NCBI RefSeq assembly: GCF_009914755.1
Contig: NC_060944.1
Origin: the human T2T-CHM13v2.0 reference genome, Homo sapiens
Length of the DNA: 64,000 nucleotides
Direction: 5' to 3' (one strand)
Position numbers and translations under genes: made by a program
Shown here: positions 1 through 13,384 of the stretch, in pieces
Position numbering within the stretch: position 1 is the stretch's first letter
Layout: the number at the start of each line of letters is the position of its first letter
Notes under the pieces: generated by a model
The model's database searches: none
The model's input: the letters and a program-made list of their open reading frames with translations, nothing else
Told to the model about the DNA's origin: nothing

Positions 1-1514
1 GGTATCTTTCCTCAAAATAGAATCAGTGACTTCCTTGCCTTTGTTATGTCTTCACTGCTCCTCTTTTCATGCACTTGTAACATTATTTTGTAACGTTTTA
101 TTAACACGTTCAAGTTCCTTTTAAGCTGCAAGCTCCTTGAGAGGGTATTTCTTACTAAAGACTCAACAATTTTCTCTCCTTAGCACAAGGGAATTGCTCA
201 GCAAATGCTTATGAATGAAATAATATGTCATTTAAACATCAGAGCTATTGTAAAATGTAAGTGGTATGACTCCCATTTTACAGATGAGAAACTGAAGTTG
301 AGATGGAATTAAGTGAGTTATCTAAAACTGTGGAGCCAGGAAGCTCAGGGCTTTTTCCTGCTTGGCACAGTCATCTATCTAATAATGACTTCCGAAATAC
401 CTCCAAGCTTAACTAGACAACTAGGTAATAAGTGGGAAAGCACTTTGGAAGAGATAAATCCCTAAAAACAAACAAAATGCAATCATTAGCATCATCATCA
501 ACATTGAGGGGCTTAACTAAAGCATTTCCTTCCATTAAAAGCACTATTTTGAAACACTTAGAAAGGCATTTTCCAGTTTGTGCATCTCAGGATCCCATCT
601 TTGCTACAGCTCTAGCTGTAAGAGTCCTTCCCATTTGGGGGATGCTTGCTGAAGGTAGTGCTTTCGGAAGTAAACCCAATCCTGCCTTGGAGACATATTG
701 CTAAGTGGGCACTGTGGCTGGGCACTTCTGACCCTGGTTCTCTCCTCTGGCTGGATCAGCAAAAGGGTATTGCTACGGTCTTCTCTGTGATACATCTTCA
801 GCTCCCCCAAGCAGGAGCTATGTGTGAAGATCTCTGTGGCTCTCAGGTCCAGCACAAGCACAGGTGAACAGCAAATGCCTATGAATGAATGATCGCCCAA
901 GGAAAAACATTTTAGAGTTTATGTATTATCAGTGGGCAACAAAGTAATAACCCCAATCAGTTGGTATGCAGAGTGTTCATAAGCAATGAAGAGTGCATTT
1001 CAGTGGTGGGAAACCCACTTGTCTCCAGAAAAGCCAATGGGAGAGTCCCAAGCTGGGTTCTCTGAAAATCAATCAGACTCTGAGAGAGATTGACAAGCAG
1101 GAGATGTATTGGGGAAGCTTCACCTGTAGATAAAAGGGAAGAGGAGAGAAGGGGAAGAGGAGGAAGGGAAGAGGAAAGAAGGAGGGAAGGAAAGGGAAGG
1201 GAAAAAGAAAGGGAGTGGGCAGAGGAAAGGTTGAATGGTGATGCAGTTGGAGCAGTGGCTAAAGCCAACCCCAGGGGAGGCCCTGAAGCTGGGGTTGCTT
1301 TTACACCCTGTGTCAACCAGTGAGTAGATGACTTTGAGTGAGGCGGCTCCAAAGGGCAAGTTCTGAAGGGGGGCTGTTAGTGTCACAAACAAGTGGGTTT
1401 CCCTCCCCTGAAATGCACTCTTCATTGCCTATGAACACTTTGCCTACCGATTGGGGTCATTAGTTTGTTGCTCACTGATAATACAAAAACTCTAAAAAGC
1501 TTTTCCTTGGGTGA

Positions 1515-1944
<430 letters not shown>

Positions 1945-2106
1945 TAACCACACTGCAGTAGGGTACTCCTTTCTGTTAGCAGAGAATCTCCATACTCTCA
2001 TTAACCTTGTTTATAAAGTTCAAGTATGTTTATGAGGTAGAAGCATTAAGAGTCACAGACAGTCTTTTCTAAGCCTCAAGACATCACTAATACCTGGTTG
2101 GTATTA

Positions 2107-2203
2107 TTAGGTTGGTTTAAAAGTAATTGCGGTTTTTGCCATTAAAGGTACATTTTACCTTTTTAAAATAGTAATGAACACAATTACTTTTGCACCAACA
2201 TAA
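2107..2203. mobile_element. MADE1 (Hsmar1-derived MITE) with internal insertion
   Basis: TIRs ttaggttggtttaaaagtaattgcggtttttgccatta ... caattacttttgcaccaacataa, flanked by TA on both sides. Confidence 0.9.
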
Positions 2204-5200
2204 TAAAACTTAAACTTAGGTATAAATTTATAACTGAAATATAAACACCTTTTGCCACCTTTGGAGGTAAAATTTGTATTTTTCCTGATTAAAGTGACAG
2301 AGCCTCTGACTTACAGATTTGCTCTGTTTGGCATGCGTGACTGATGCGTTTAGACGCCAGTTCAATAGAGTAAACAATAAAGCATCCGTTCAGTTGCAAT
2401 CCCTATCCAAATCTATCAGTACACATGGTCTAGCCCAGTGCATTTATATCTATTAATATCTCATTGTAATAGCAGTCATTAATTTTACACATTTATAATT
2501 GTGTCATGCAAGTACCAATGCAACATTTCTAAACCTAAAACCCATATAAGACTACAAAATAGGTGATCTGAAAGCTCTATCATCACCGTAGGCCAAAATA
2601 AGTGAACATGGATATTAACTAACTTCTAGAGAATAGAATAATATAACTCAATGAGAGACAAAACAAAATTGGAAGGGTATCAACTCCACACATATAACCA
2701 CTCATGTATCTTTGTTCATTCATCTAATCAACACAATCTTATGATGCCTGATTTGTCCTGAGCACTGATCTAGTCACTGGGAAATGAATGATGAGTAATA
2801 CATAGTTCTCCCTACATGGAGACTGACATGCAAAGATGCCAAGGGCAGGATAACCTGGGAAGGGATCATGAATTAGTAAGTCAATGGGTGAAGGAATGAA
2901 AGATAAATGCAACGACAAAGATATGAGCCCAGCGCTATGGATATGGTCCATGGAAATTGGAGGGGGCCTCCAAAGTAGAGAACAATGACACTCCCTTTAT
3001 AAAGATACTGGAGTTTTCTGGGCACACAAGGGGGATAGGAAGAATTCCAGGAAGAATTCACTGCAGGGATAAACATTATGAAAGGGACAATTAAATCAGA
3101 GTGATGTGAGGATGCCATGAGAGTTGTTCTCAAAGTCAGCAGGAAAAATAAGAATCTGAGATACTTGTTAAAAAGCAGATCCCCAGGCCATGCTTTTAAG
3201 GAGACTGAGCAGATCTGGGGGGTGAGGCTCAGGAATCAGACTTCCCACCAAGGTTCTCCTCTTGGCTGAAGAGCCACACTGCTAGTAACCACTTTAGTCT
3301 TGACTGCATGGTAATGTCTTACATTTTCACCTATTAACATGTTTGCTGTTGATAATTTGATATTTACTAGTAATTGATATTTAGCAACTTTAAATGGTTT
3401 TCTTCTATTCCTATTTTTTCTTCATTTTTATTCAAAGTGGCTGATAAATTACATTAAATAACTTTTGAGTATCTCTTGATGGAATCATTTTAAAATGCCT
3501 GTTTAAATATATTGAAGCAATGATATCTGCTTCACAGCAGCTGATGATGTGAAAAGGCATTTGCCTTTGAAGAAAGGAGCAGTCTCTTATTTTGGTGAGG
3601 CCCTACTATGTGCTAGGCATTTTACATTATGTCCATTGAATCTTTGTGAGACTTCTTCTGTAAGATTTGTATTTTTTGTCTCTGTTTTACATACCAGGCA
3701 ACTGAGATTCAGAAAAAGTTGAGTGGCTTGTTCAGGTCACACAGATGCAAAAATAGAAGCAAAAATGGCCTTAAACCCACAGAAGCAAGGAAGTTACAAG
3801 GTCTAGAGTTATCTAAAAAATGATGTCATTTTTTTTTCTTTTCAAGAACAGAGTACCACCCTGTTGACTTTAGCTGTATGTCCGTATGTCTTTTAAATTC
3901 ATCTTGTTCCTTCACTCATTACACAGGCACTTACTGGGGTTCACTGCATGTGTTAGGAGTTCCATGGAGAATACCCTAATGAGCAAGCAACATCCTTAAG
4001 ACAAATTTGCTCCTGCCCATAACATAAAGCAACTGCAGTTCAGAGAAAGGCGCCATTCCCACAGGTGGAGAGAATCATGAGAGACTTCTTGTAGAAGGCA
4101 GTGTTTGATCTGGACTTTGAAGAATGATATCGGATTTGAATATATTGAGATGGAGGAGATCAGAAGGCTATAGAAAAGCCCAGGAGTCCCATGGAGTATC
4201 TGTGGACAGAAACCAGCCCAGGTCACGGTTTTCTGCCTCGGAGACATCTGCACAAGGCATTTGTCCAAGGCTAAGTGAAGTAGTTACGTGCTCTCTCTCA
4301 GCCAGAACAATTGGTAAACACCTTCGCGCTTTCTCAAGAACTACTACAGTAAAATACCTCTGTTCAAAACAATTACTGTGCCTATCACACACCTTGAGGT
4401 AAATTAACCTGTGGACACATGCCAACTCTTAATATCCTTTAAAAAGGCAAACACTGAACAACTGAAGTTGTTGGGGTCTGCTTTACTACAGAAAGGCAAA
4501 AAGGGATCCCAGAGAGGCATTTTTGTCAGCTCAGAATGTGAGGAATAGTAGCTGCTATTTATAAAATACCTACTGTGTGCCAGCCACTCTACATATACAC
4601 TCTCTCGTTGCCCTTCACCAAAACACTGGGAAGTCACCGCTATTATCATGATTTTCCAGATGAAGAAACTGAGGCTCAGAGTGTTTCTATGAGTGTTCCA
4701 GGTGGAAACAATCTCACAGGAGAGGCAAACCTAGAATTGTGAAATAGGCCTGACACCAAAACCCACATGATTCACATTTGTGTGTGCGTGTGCGTGTATA
4801 CTGGAGAGACAATAATGGGCCTTATCTTTAACTATCCTGTGTCCCTGGGTCCCCAGATCCCTCTGTTCCATAGCTCCATTTTTATTGGGCTGTTATTTAT
4901 CCTGGTCATTAACACCCCTTTCATAACCTCTTGCTCTAACCCTTTGGCTACCTCTGATGCAGCAGCTCAGTGCCCTCAGCTCTGACTCCTCTCAACATGT
5001 TGCCTGTGCACAGCACTGCTTGGAAGACCAGCCACATCATGTGGCCAATCCCCAGGACAGCAGAGACAGGACTGCCCCAGCGGCCTCCTTACCAGCCTGG
5101 AATAGCTACCACTTCTTATGCCTAGAAGGGCACTGATGGCCATGCACAGAAACGAGGCCCTACAGGCAGACAGACTTGCATTTGGTACCTGGCTCTTCTT

Positions 5201-5620
5201 CAACCTGGCTGCTGTGCTCCAAGCACGTGGTCCAGGCAGAAGTGCCCCCATCTCCCAAAGAACAGGGCTTAGTAAGAAGAATGGGTAGGGCTTGTGGGCC
5301 ATGTGGTCCTGAGTTCAAACTTAACCCTGCTGCATTCTGGCTGTGAGCAATAGACAAGTCTTCAGACTTCAGTCTTAACATCTAAATAAAATCAACAAAA
5401 TAACATATACTTTGCAGGGCTTGTTATAAGCATTGGGTAAGTATATATAGTAGGGACCAACTGGTAATGCCTTTCAACTTCTGCCCTTTTGTAGTCTGGT
5501 ATAGGGTGCGCCTTATTCACTTTTGTGCCTGCAACATCAGGCACGGGATAAAGTACATGGCAGGAGCTCAATAAGACAGGATGAATCTTGACTGTCACAC
5601 TCTTCCTACGCTCAAAACTC

Positions 5621-5845
5621 TAGGGCAAGAATTGGCAAACTGTGACCTGTGGGCCAAATCTGGCTCACTGCTTGGTTTTTAAAAATTAAGTTCTACTGGA
5701 ACACAGCCACACTCATTCAAACACATAGCTATGACTTCATGCTACAACATCAGAGTTGAGTAGATGCAACACAGAACACAAGGGTTTGTAAAGCCAAAAT
5801 TATTTACTGTCTGGCTCCTTATGGAAAATATTTGTGGACCACTGT
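5621..5845. mobile_element. MER58A-like hAT-Charlie MITE
   Basis: ggcaaactgtgacctgtgggccaaatctggc...ggaacacagccacactcattc...tatttactgtctggctcc resembles the MER58 consensus. Confidence 0.8.
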
Positions 5846-6323
5846 TCTCATGTAGGGATACTTTCAAAGATGGAGAGCACTTGATGGCCTCTTTATTTTG
5901 GGGGAAATATAGAATTCCTCTGCTCCTCCCCCATCCATACTTTATCTCCTCTTTCCCTAGTTTATTTCTTCTTCTTAGCTCTTACCACTACATACTATTT
6001 ATTTTTGTTATATATGTTGTTTACTTTCTACCTCTTCTACTAAAAAAGCTCCACGTGTGCAGGAATTTTTACTTGTGCTAACTCCTATATACCCAGAACC
6101 TTGTCCAATGCCTAGCATGCAGAGGACATTCCACAAATATTGGTGGAATGAATAAACACTGATTTCATTGAAGAGACTGGTGAGCCAAAGTGTGTTGAAG
6201 AGAGAACACACTTCAATGAAATCAGTGTTTATTCATTAAAAGGACCAGGTGGCCCCTGATACCTATGAGGAGGGTATTACTTTTCCTATTTTATAGATAA
6301 GACAACTGAGACTCCAGTTAAGT

Positions 6324-6476
6324 CAGTGATTCTCTAACATGCATATGAATCACCTGCGACCTTGTTACAATGCAGATTCTGATTCAGGGGTCTGGGCTGG
6401 GGCCCTTGATGCTACCTCTCTGACAAGCTCCCAGGTGATGCTGATGCTACTGGTCCAGGGTCCACACACTGAAGAG
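6324..6476. mobile_element. MER5A-like hAT-Charlie MITE
   Basis: gaatcacctg...aatgcagattctgattcag...acaagctcccaggtgatgctgatgct. Confidence 0.8.
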
Positions 6477-8169
6477 TGAGGCTTCAAGGCTCCCCCTCGG
6501 GGCATATACTAGCACATGGGGGGCCATCATTTCCTTTCTGTTTCCTCTTCCTCATCTCCATGGCTCTCTCTCAATCCTATCATCTCCAAGGCCTCTCCCT
6601 CCTCCCCCACTCCCAGACTGTTCCCTGTCCCCAAACACCTCGCCTCCAGTCCTTCACTTCCATAGCCCCCAACTCCAGTATCTTCAGCCCCTTCCTTCTG
6701 CCCAGGCTCCTCCACTATAACTAAATCTTTGCCCAGGACTTTCTGATCTTTCAGGTAGCCAGTATCATGTTTCTTCTCTGTTTTACAAAAAAAAAAAAAA
6801 AAAAAAAAAGGTGAAAGGTGATCCTACTCATGGTCCCCAGGCAGGCTGGCTACCTCTTCAACCTTCATCCCTACAACCTGTACAAGTTACTTCTGATGGC
6901 CAAATGTCCAGGCTGTGCCCAAACCCACCCCCTCCATCCTCTGCAGCATCTGCTATGGCCAACCAACTCCTCCTGCTGCAAAAGCCTTCTCTTGGGCCTT
7001 ACGCTTTTCTCCTACCTGTCTGTCTGCTTTGCCAGTTCCTCTCCTCTTCTGATTCTTTAATCATGGTCAGTTCCTGGGCCTCAGCCCCTAGCCCTTAGCC
7101 CTCTGTTCTTGTCCCCTTTCTCCAGGCCTGCTTTCATCCACCTGGCACTCTCATCTGCAACCTCTCAGAGGAAGGTTCCAAACATCCACGTCCTACCTAG
7201 ACTCCACTTCTGCATTTCTAAGTTCCCATGGGATGCTTTTGCTTGGGAGCTCCACCAGCATTCTCACTGCAATATATCCAGAGTCATATGCATATGACTC
7301 ACATGACCATTTCTCACCCCAAGACGTCTCCATTTCCAGGATAATCAATTCTCCCTCCCATCTACTTCTGGGTAGCTTTGGGGGAATGACTTAGCTTCTC
7401 AGAGCAATTTCTTTCCCATTAAATAGGGATAATGGTACCTACCAGACTAGGCTATTCGGAGGACTTAGTGGGCTAATGTATGTACAGACTACTTGGCATG
7501 TGGTGGTGGTTTCCTATTCTCCCCTCCTGTATAAATGATTAAATATACCTTACCTGTTCGATCCCTTTAAGTCTAGCAACTGGTTCATCTATCACAAGTG
7601 CTTGGTGGTAGTTGGGATGGGAAGATGGTGCTTAAGAGGAAATGTAACCACCTAAGGTTTCTGTATAGAAGGCAGGCTATTTGCAGTGGCATACAATATA
7701 TGACCGTCATGGGGGCCTTGGGGTTGGTGAATATAAAATGAATATAATTATGGAAACCCTGTGTCCTATCCAGATGCTTCTGCATCCCACTGCTGGTATG
7801 AGCTTCCTGCTCTGGGACCTGTGGCACAGAACTTCATGTCTGCACCAATTGAAAGGCCTGTGTTTATCATTGCACCTTCAACTGCAAGTATGTGCAGATC
7901 CATCCTCTGTCCTTTCACACTGCTTATCTTGGATTCCACCCCAGCACCCAGCACACAGCACTGTATAAAGTGGGCATTCAAAGACCCTGATAGGCAAACT
8001 GGCTGATAGAGGGATGGGGGTTAGATGCCAGAGGTGGTGATGGGTCCCTGTATGCCCACATCTGCTGTGAAACATGCATACCCTAAGAGGCCCTGGAAGA
8101 AGAGAGGGGCTCCCAGGGACTACTATTCCTGCCATGAACCCTGTGGTTTCTGAAAGGGGAAATAAAGAA

Positions 8170-8395
8170 AACTAATATTTCATGAGTGTCAACTTTGTGC
8201 CAGGCACTTTACAAAATCATCTCATCTCCTCTTCACAGCAACTCTGTGAGTCAGGCACCATTACCCTCATTTTATAATTAAGAGAAAAGAGAATCAAAAA
8301 GTTTAGAAAATTTGCCCAAGGCTCTATAACCAGTGCACGATAGAGGCGGGACATGAGCCCAGAGCTGCGTCACTCCTGAAGCTCATTCTCTTTCC
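8170..8395 (-). mobile_element. MIR relic, probable donor of the duplicated copy at 12029-12195
   Basis: tgtgccaggcacttt...tcttcacagcaactctgtgag...ccctcattttata...tttgcccaagg follows the MIR pattern. Confidence 0.75.
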
Positions 8396-9213
8396 ACCAT
8401 AGCAATGACACACCATATTGTTTCGTACCTCCGTGTCTTTGCAGATGCAGTTTCCTCTAATCAGAATTTTAATTTTTTCAGTAATGGGTAAAGCCATCTC
8501 TGAATACACTGATACCTATCCCCTGCCACACAAAAAATTCATCACTCAACTAAGTGTTCCTGTACTACAGTATGTAGAGGCATCTCTCAGCTAACGTTTC
8601 TAATAGGTGACGTTATGCTAGTCTCTCAGATAGGCTTGCATACTGTGAGGCTGAACCTCTGGGTTCTAGCCATTTCTTCATCCACACCATATGAAACATA
8701 ATGTGCATGTTCAAAGCATGTTTGTGGGATGAATGAATAAGTGATCTGGTACTTCCAGTATTGGTGATGGGGGCCCATTTGTTCCCATATAACATGAGGG
8801 TGGTAGTACCCGTCCTAAAGACCTGTGGACCCCACACTGAGCAGAGGGGATGGGGAGGCCTTTTGCTGGCTCCATCTTTATCTATGAAGCCTTCAGCAGG
8901 TAATGCTATTAGGCACAGCCTCTCTCATAAAGCTGAGTTTGCCAGAGGTGAGGGAAGACATGGAGCGCTAAGCAATACATTTTACCGGAAGCCAGGCATT
9001 CTCTGTTTTAATCCCACTCTTTTGCTAGCTGGATGTTCAATGAATTCACATCCTTCAATCTCTTTCTAAGGTCCCTACAACCTCTCAATTTCCAAAAATA
9101 GAAAGTGCATATTAGGAATGTGGACTAGTTCAGGGGCTTTCTAACTTTTTATCACCAAGGATCTACTGTACAGAGTTGTTCTCCTTTACTATCATGTTTT
9201 GAGCATCTCTGTT

Positions 9214-9531
9214 GTTGTTGTTATTTATTATTATTATTATTATTATTATTTTGAGATGGAGTTTTGCTCTTGTTGCCCAGGCTGGAGCGCAATGGTACGA
9301 TTTTGGCTCACTACAACCTCCGCCCTGGGTTCAAGCAATTCTCCTGCCTCAGCCTCCTAAGTAGCTTGGACTACAGACGCCTGCCATCACGCCCAGCTCA
9401 TTTTTGTATTTTTAGTAGAGATGGGGTTTCACCATGTTGGCCAGGCTGGTCTTGAACTCCTGACCTCAGGTGATCTGCCCTCTCGGCCTCCAAAGTGCTG
9501 GGATTATAGGCGTGAGCCACCGCACCTGGCC
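9214..9531 (-). mobile_element. Alu (AluS-type) with tail decayed to (GTT)n/(ATT)n
   Basis: Reverse-complement Alu dimer. TSD-like ctctgtt at 9207-9213 and 9532-9538. Confidence 0.96.
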
Positions 9532-10201
9532 CTCTGTTTTATTAATAAGAAAAATAATCACTTTTTTTTAGCAAGTGCAAAAAAATGGATAAGCAAGCAC
9601 CCATCTATAACTCCCAACAAAATGCACTGATAATATGAGATAAATAATGCTAAACACCAAACACATAATCCCAACCCAAAGCAAAGACACTGGATGTTTC
9701 TTTCACCTGTGAGGCCGGTTCTAGATAAAGTAATGAATCCCTGCAGACTTTCTGAAATAGCATAAACAGCCAATGAATACCTTTCTAAACTTTGAGCCCC
9801 CAGGGCTACCCATTCTCCAAGTAAAAACACATGGATTTAGAAGTTGCTAAGACTGTGATTCTGTCTCATGTGTGCAAGTCCTACAGCAGGATTTGGTCCC
9901 CTGCTTGATGGAATTCAGGGATTCCTAACTAGAAAATTACACTCACAAAGGAGAAACAGCCCTTCACATCTCTAAAAATAAGAGGAAAAAAATCCAAGAT
10001 GGTGGAAACATAACGAACTTGAACAATGACAGTGCACTTTCAAATGTAACACATTTATGCAAAATAAAAACTTTAAGGCTACAGACAACTTAGACAGAAG
10101 TGAAAATGAGAAACTAACAGACACTTGGTTGGTGCAGGAAATGCATGCTACAGGTTCCCTTACAGGGCACGAAGCAAAGTTAACACCAGCTCGATACTTA
10201 C

Positions 10202-10231
10202 AAGTAATAGGAGTAGGAATAAGCATTTCTT
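10202..10231 (-). CDS. PTPRT: PTPRT 30-nt intracellular juxtamembrane microexon (RNAYSYSYYL)
   Basis: catcaatatatag|AAGAAATGCTTATTCCTACTCCTATTACTT|gtaagt. Phase 2-2, continuing the TM exon in frame as KRR-RNAYSYSYYL. Peptide recognised from PTPRT. Confidence 0.94.
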
Positions 10232-10769
10232 CTATATATTGATGGGCAGTCAGATGAAGGAAATGTCCAAAATGGGGGAAAAAGAAAAGACAAACAAACA
10301 AGAATTAGATTTTTAATGAAATCTTGATTCTTAGAAATGCACATATTATTTCAGCATCCCTAAGCTCAAGGAGATGCAAGTTCCTCTACTAATCATCTTC
10401 ACTGAGAATCAGATATTTCCAGTGGTAGAAGAAACAAGAGAGACCTCTTCTATAATAGGGAAACCCATGGTCTCACATAGAGTAAGCCATGTTTCATGTT
10501 GGCTGTTGTAGTTGGTTCAAAGTTCTTCCTTATGGTCAACCAAAACTAGATTCCTTGTAATTATGATTTTTTTTTTTTTTTTTGGTCGGCGGGGTGCAGG
10601 TGAGGGTATTGGATCAGCTCTCTGTGGCTTCCTGGGACTAGTCTACCACTCTTCCCTATGATAATGTCCTGTGATCTAAGCAACACCAAACTTCTTCTGT
10701 CTCCTCTATTTCAGATAAAGTCACATCAGAGTCTATTTAGTAAGGTCATACCCAAAGCAAGGAAATCAT

Positions 10770-11253
10770 ATAGCCAGTACCCAAGATGGCTCCCCAGTGA
10801 TCTGCACTTCCTAGTATTCAGGCCCTTGTGGACTGCCCTCCCACAGAGTCAGGACTGACCCTGTGTGAATAGAATGTGGTAGGAATTATGTTCTGGGACT
10901 TTCCAAGCTGGGGAAAAAAAAGAAGCCTCTCAGCTCTGTCCATAACTCTCTCTTAGAACCCTCAGTCTCCATAGAAGAAGCCCAGTTTCCCTGAGGCTAC
11001 CATGCTGGAGAGATCACAGGAGAGCCTCTGAGACTACATAAAAAGAAAGAAATGTCCCACCAGCCCCCAGCCATTTTACTTTCAGCCAACCAAGTTATCT
11101 CAGCTGAGACCATTGACATTGCGGAACAGAAATAAGTCATTCCCTTCAAGCTCTGCCCAAAGTGAAGACACATGAGAAAAATAAATAACTGTTGCTCTTT
11201 AAGCCATTAGATTTTGGGGGTAGTTTGTTACATGGCAGTAGATGACCGGCGCA
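10770..11253 (+). mobile_element. MLT1-family (MaLR) solo LTR, old
   Basis: Starts aagatggctccccagtgatc and ends ttaagccattagattttggggtagtttgttacatggcagtagat. Confidence 0.75.
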
Positions 11254-12028
11254 AAGTCCAACCTTATCTTGGAAGAGCACTGTACTGAGAGAGAGGAGTT
11301 CCAACCTTCAGTCTGAACAGACTCTACCTTGAATAAACTCTCTGTTCCTTCATTTCTGCATCTGTCCCTTAGGTCCATTAAACTAGATCAGTAATTTTCC
11401 AACTGTGTTCACAGAAGTCTGGGGGTTCTATAGCAGCCACTGTGTAATGAAGAAGGAGGGTACTGAGCAAGTGAGGCTGCTGCCCCCCACCATCCACCAA
11501 AGCACCTATTTTATATATTGAAGTTTTATCTATTTTATACTTTGAAGTTTCATTTAAGATATCATATGGCTGAGAATTCCATTCTCCAAAAGAAAGCTTC
11601 AAAAATCACTGGCTTCAATCTCTTTCCAATGTTCCTACTGGCTCCTGGCTTCTAAGCAATCACAAAACTCAAATAAAAGCATGATATTCCCTTTGTTATA
11701 ACTTTTCTTATGTTGTAAGAAAATAAATAGGAGTGTTCTTATTTCACATCAGATTCAGCTATACTGACAATAAATGATACATTTATAGATTGAGAAAAAT
11801 GGCTAGATAATTCAGGTCTCCAAATATCCATCTGAGTAGACAAGAATGGTTTCCTTTTTTCTTGAACTATTTGATTACTTGCAACCATTATCCCATTTGC
11901 TTGGTACAGGAAAATACAGTCGTTATAACTGCAGAGTGGGGGATACGTCTTCACAGCCCCAAATTTTCCCATCTCAAGTAGGAAATATCCAAAACTCCCA
12001 AGATGGGGCTATCTCTAGTCTTTCTTTC

Positions 12029-12195
12029 ATCATCTCATCTCCTCTTCACAGCAACTCTGTGAGTCAGGCACCATTACCCTCGTTTTATAATTAAGAGAAA
12101 AGAGAATCAAAAAGTTTAGAAAATTTGCCCGAGGCTCTATAACCAGTGCATGATAGAGGCGGGACATGAGCCCAGAGCTGCATCACTCCTAAAGC
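12029..12195. repeat. 167-bp direct duplicate of 8216-8382
   Basis: Manual alignment gives 162/167 identical with no gaps, offset 3813 bp. Confidence 0.97.
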
Positions 12196-13384
12196 AAAGC
12201 CCAACCCTACACACCCAGAAGGAAAGTGAGTCTAAAAGTTAAGAAGCCACAGAAGAAGGAAAGCCCCATACCTCCTTAGGGGGCTGAGCTAGGGAAAATG
12301 AGCCACAGTGCAGCAAGATCTGGCCACATAGAAAACTGTTCAATATCCTGGACTGAAAGAACAGTGACCCTAGATGATGAGAAGGTGAAGGACTGGGGAC
12401 TGCAATGAGTGGGAATTGGAAGCTCCTACAGAAAGTCATCAAATCCCCTTCACCAGCCATACACGTTAGCACTGTAAGGAGATAATTTCTTTACCTCACT
12501 GCTGGCAGGTCCAGTGCCTGGAAGGTGATTCCCCTGGGACACAAAACTCAGGGTCCATTTGATGAAGACTTATAGGACACCTGTGTTCTCTGTATTGTCA
12601 AGAACACTGAGCTGAGAATCAAGAGGCCAGCATTATAATCTCAGATCTTTCAATTGCTCATTGTGACATCTTGGGCAAGTAAGTTCTTCTTCTTCCCTTT
12701 GGACCTCTATTTCCTGATCCATGCACCAAGGTGGATGGCATAGATGACCGACAGCTCAAACAGCTTTCAGGAGTGGAAATACAATAAGCCTTAGCATCTC
12801 AGCACCATCACTTAACTAACTGCATGACCTTGAACAAGTCACTAAACAGCCCTGAGTCCCAGTTTCTCTATCTCAAGCTTGGGGACAATAATTATGTATT
12901 CCCAAGAATCACCATAGGCATTAGCATTATATTAATCTAAATTATACTCACATTAGATATGATATGTAATATATAAAGTATTCTATGTAAATTCCATTAA
13001 TCTAAATTGATATTAGATTATATTAATCTAAACATCTGGAATGTATTAGGGCTCAGTAAAGGGTGGTTTATGTCTGCACCTCATCCACAGAGATAAGGTT
13101 TACTGCTTCTTATTCTGGTCACCAGGAACAAAGTGTTCACCTCTTTAGGAATAATAAAATATGAACAAATACTTATTCAGCACTTACTGTGTGCCAGGTA
13201 TTGTTCTCAGCTTTAGCACACATTAACTCATGTATTCCTCACAGTTGCTCTAAAAGATAGGAATTAGTGCCATTCCCACTATTCTGATGGAGACACTGAG
13301 GCAAACAAGAAGTAACTTCAGATCACACAGCTAGTAACTGGATTTGATAGCAACATGGCTATAAAGCTTGTAGCTCATTTTCTT

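Noticed and set aside
1090-1323. E/R/G-rich ORF resembling a charged protein (also 16984-17181)
   Set aside because: Translation of GA-rich low-complexity DNA.
6787-6809. Orphan A23 run as a processed-pseudogene tail
   Set aside because: No upstream poly-A signal, TSD or recognisable cDNA body.
12925-13032. Recurrent attaatctaaa words as an array
   Set aside because: Irregular spacing in AT-rich sequence, consistent with local slippage.
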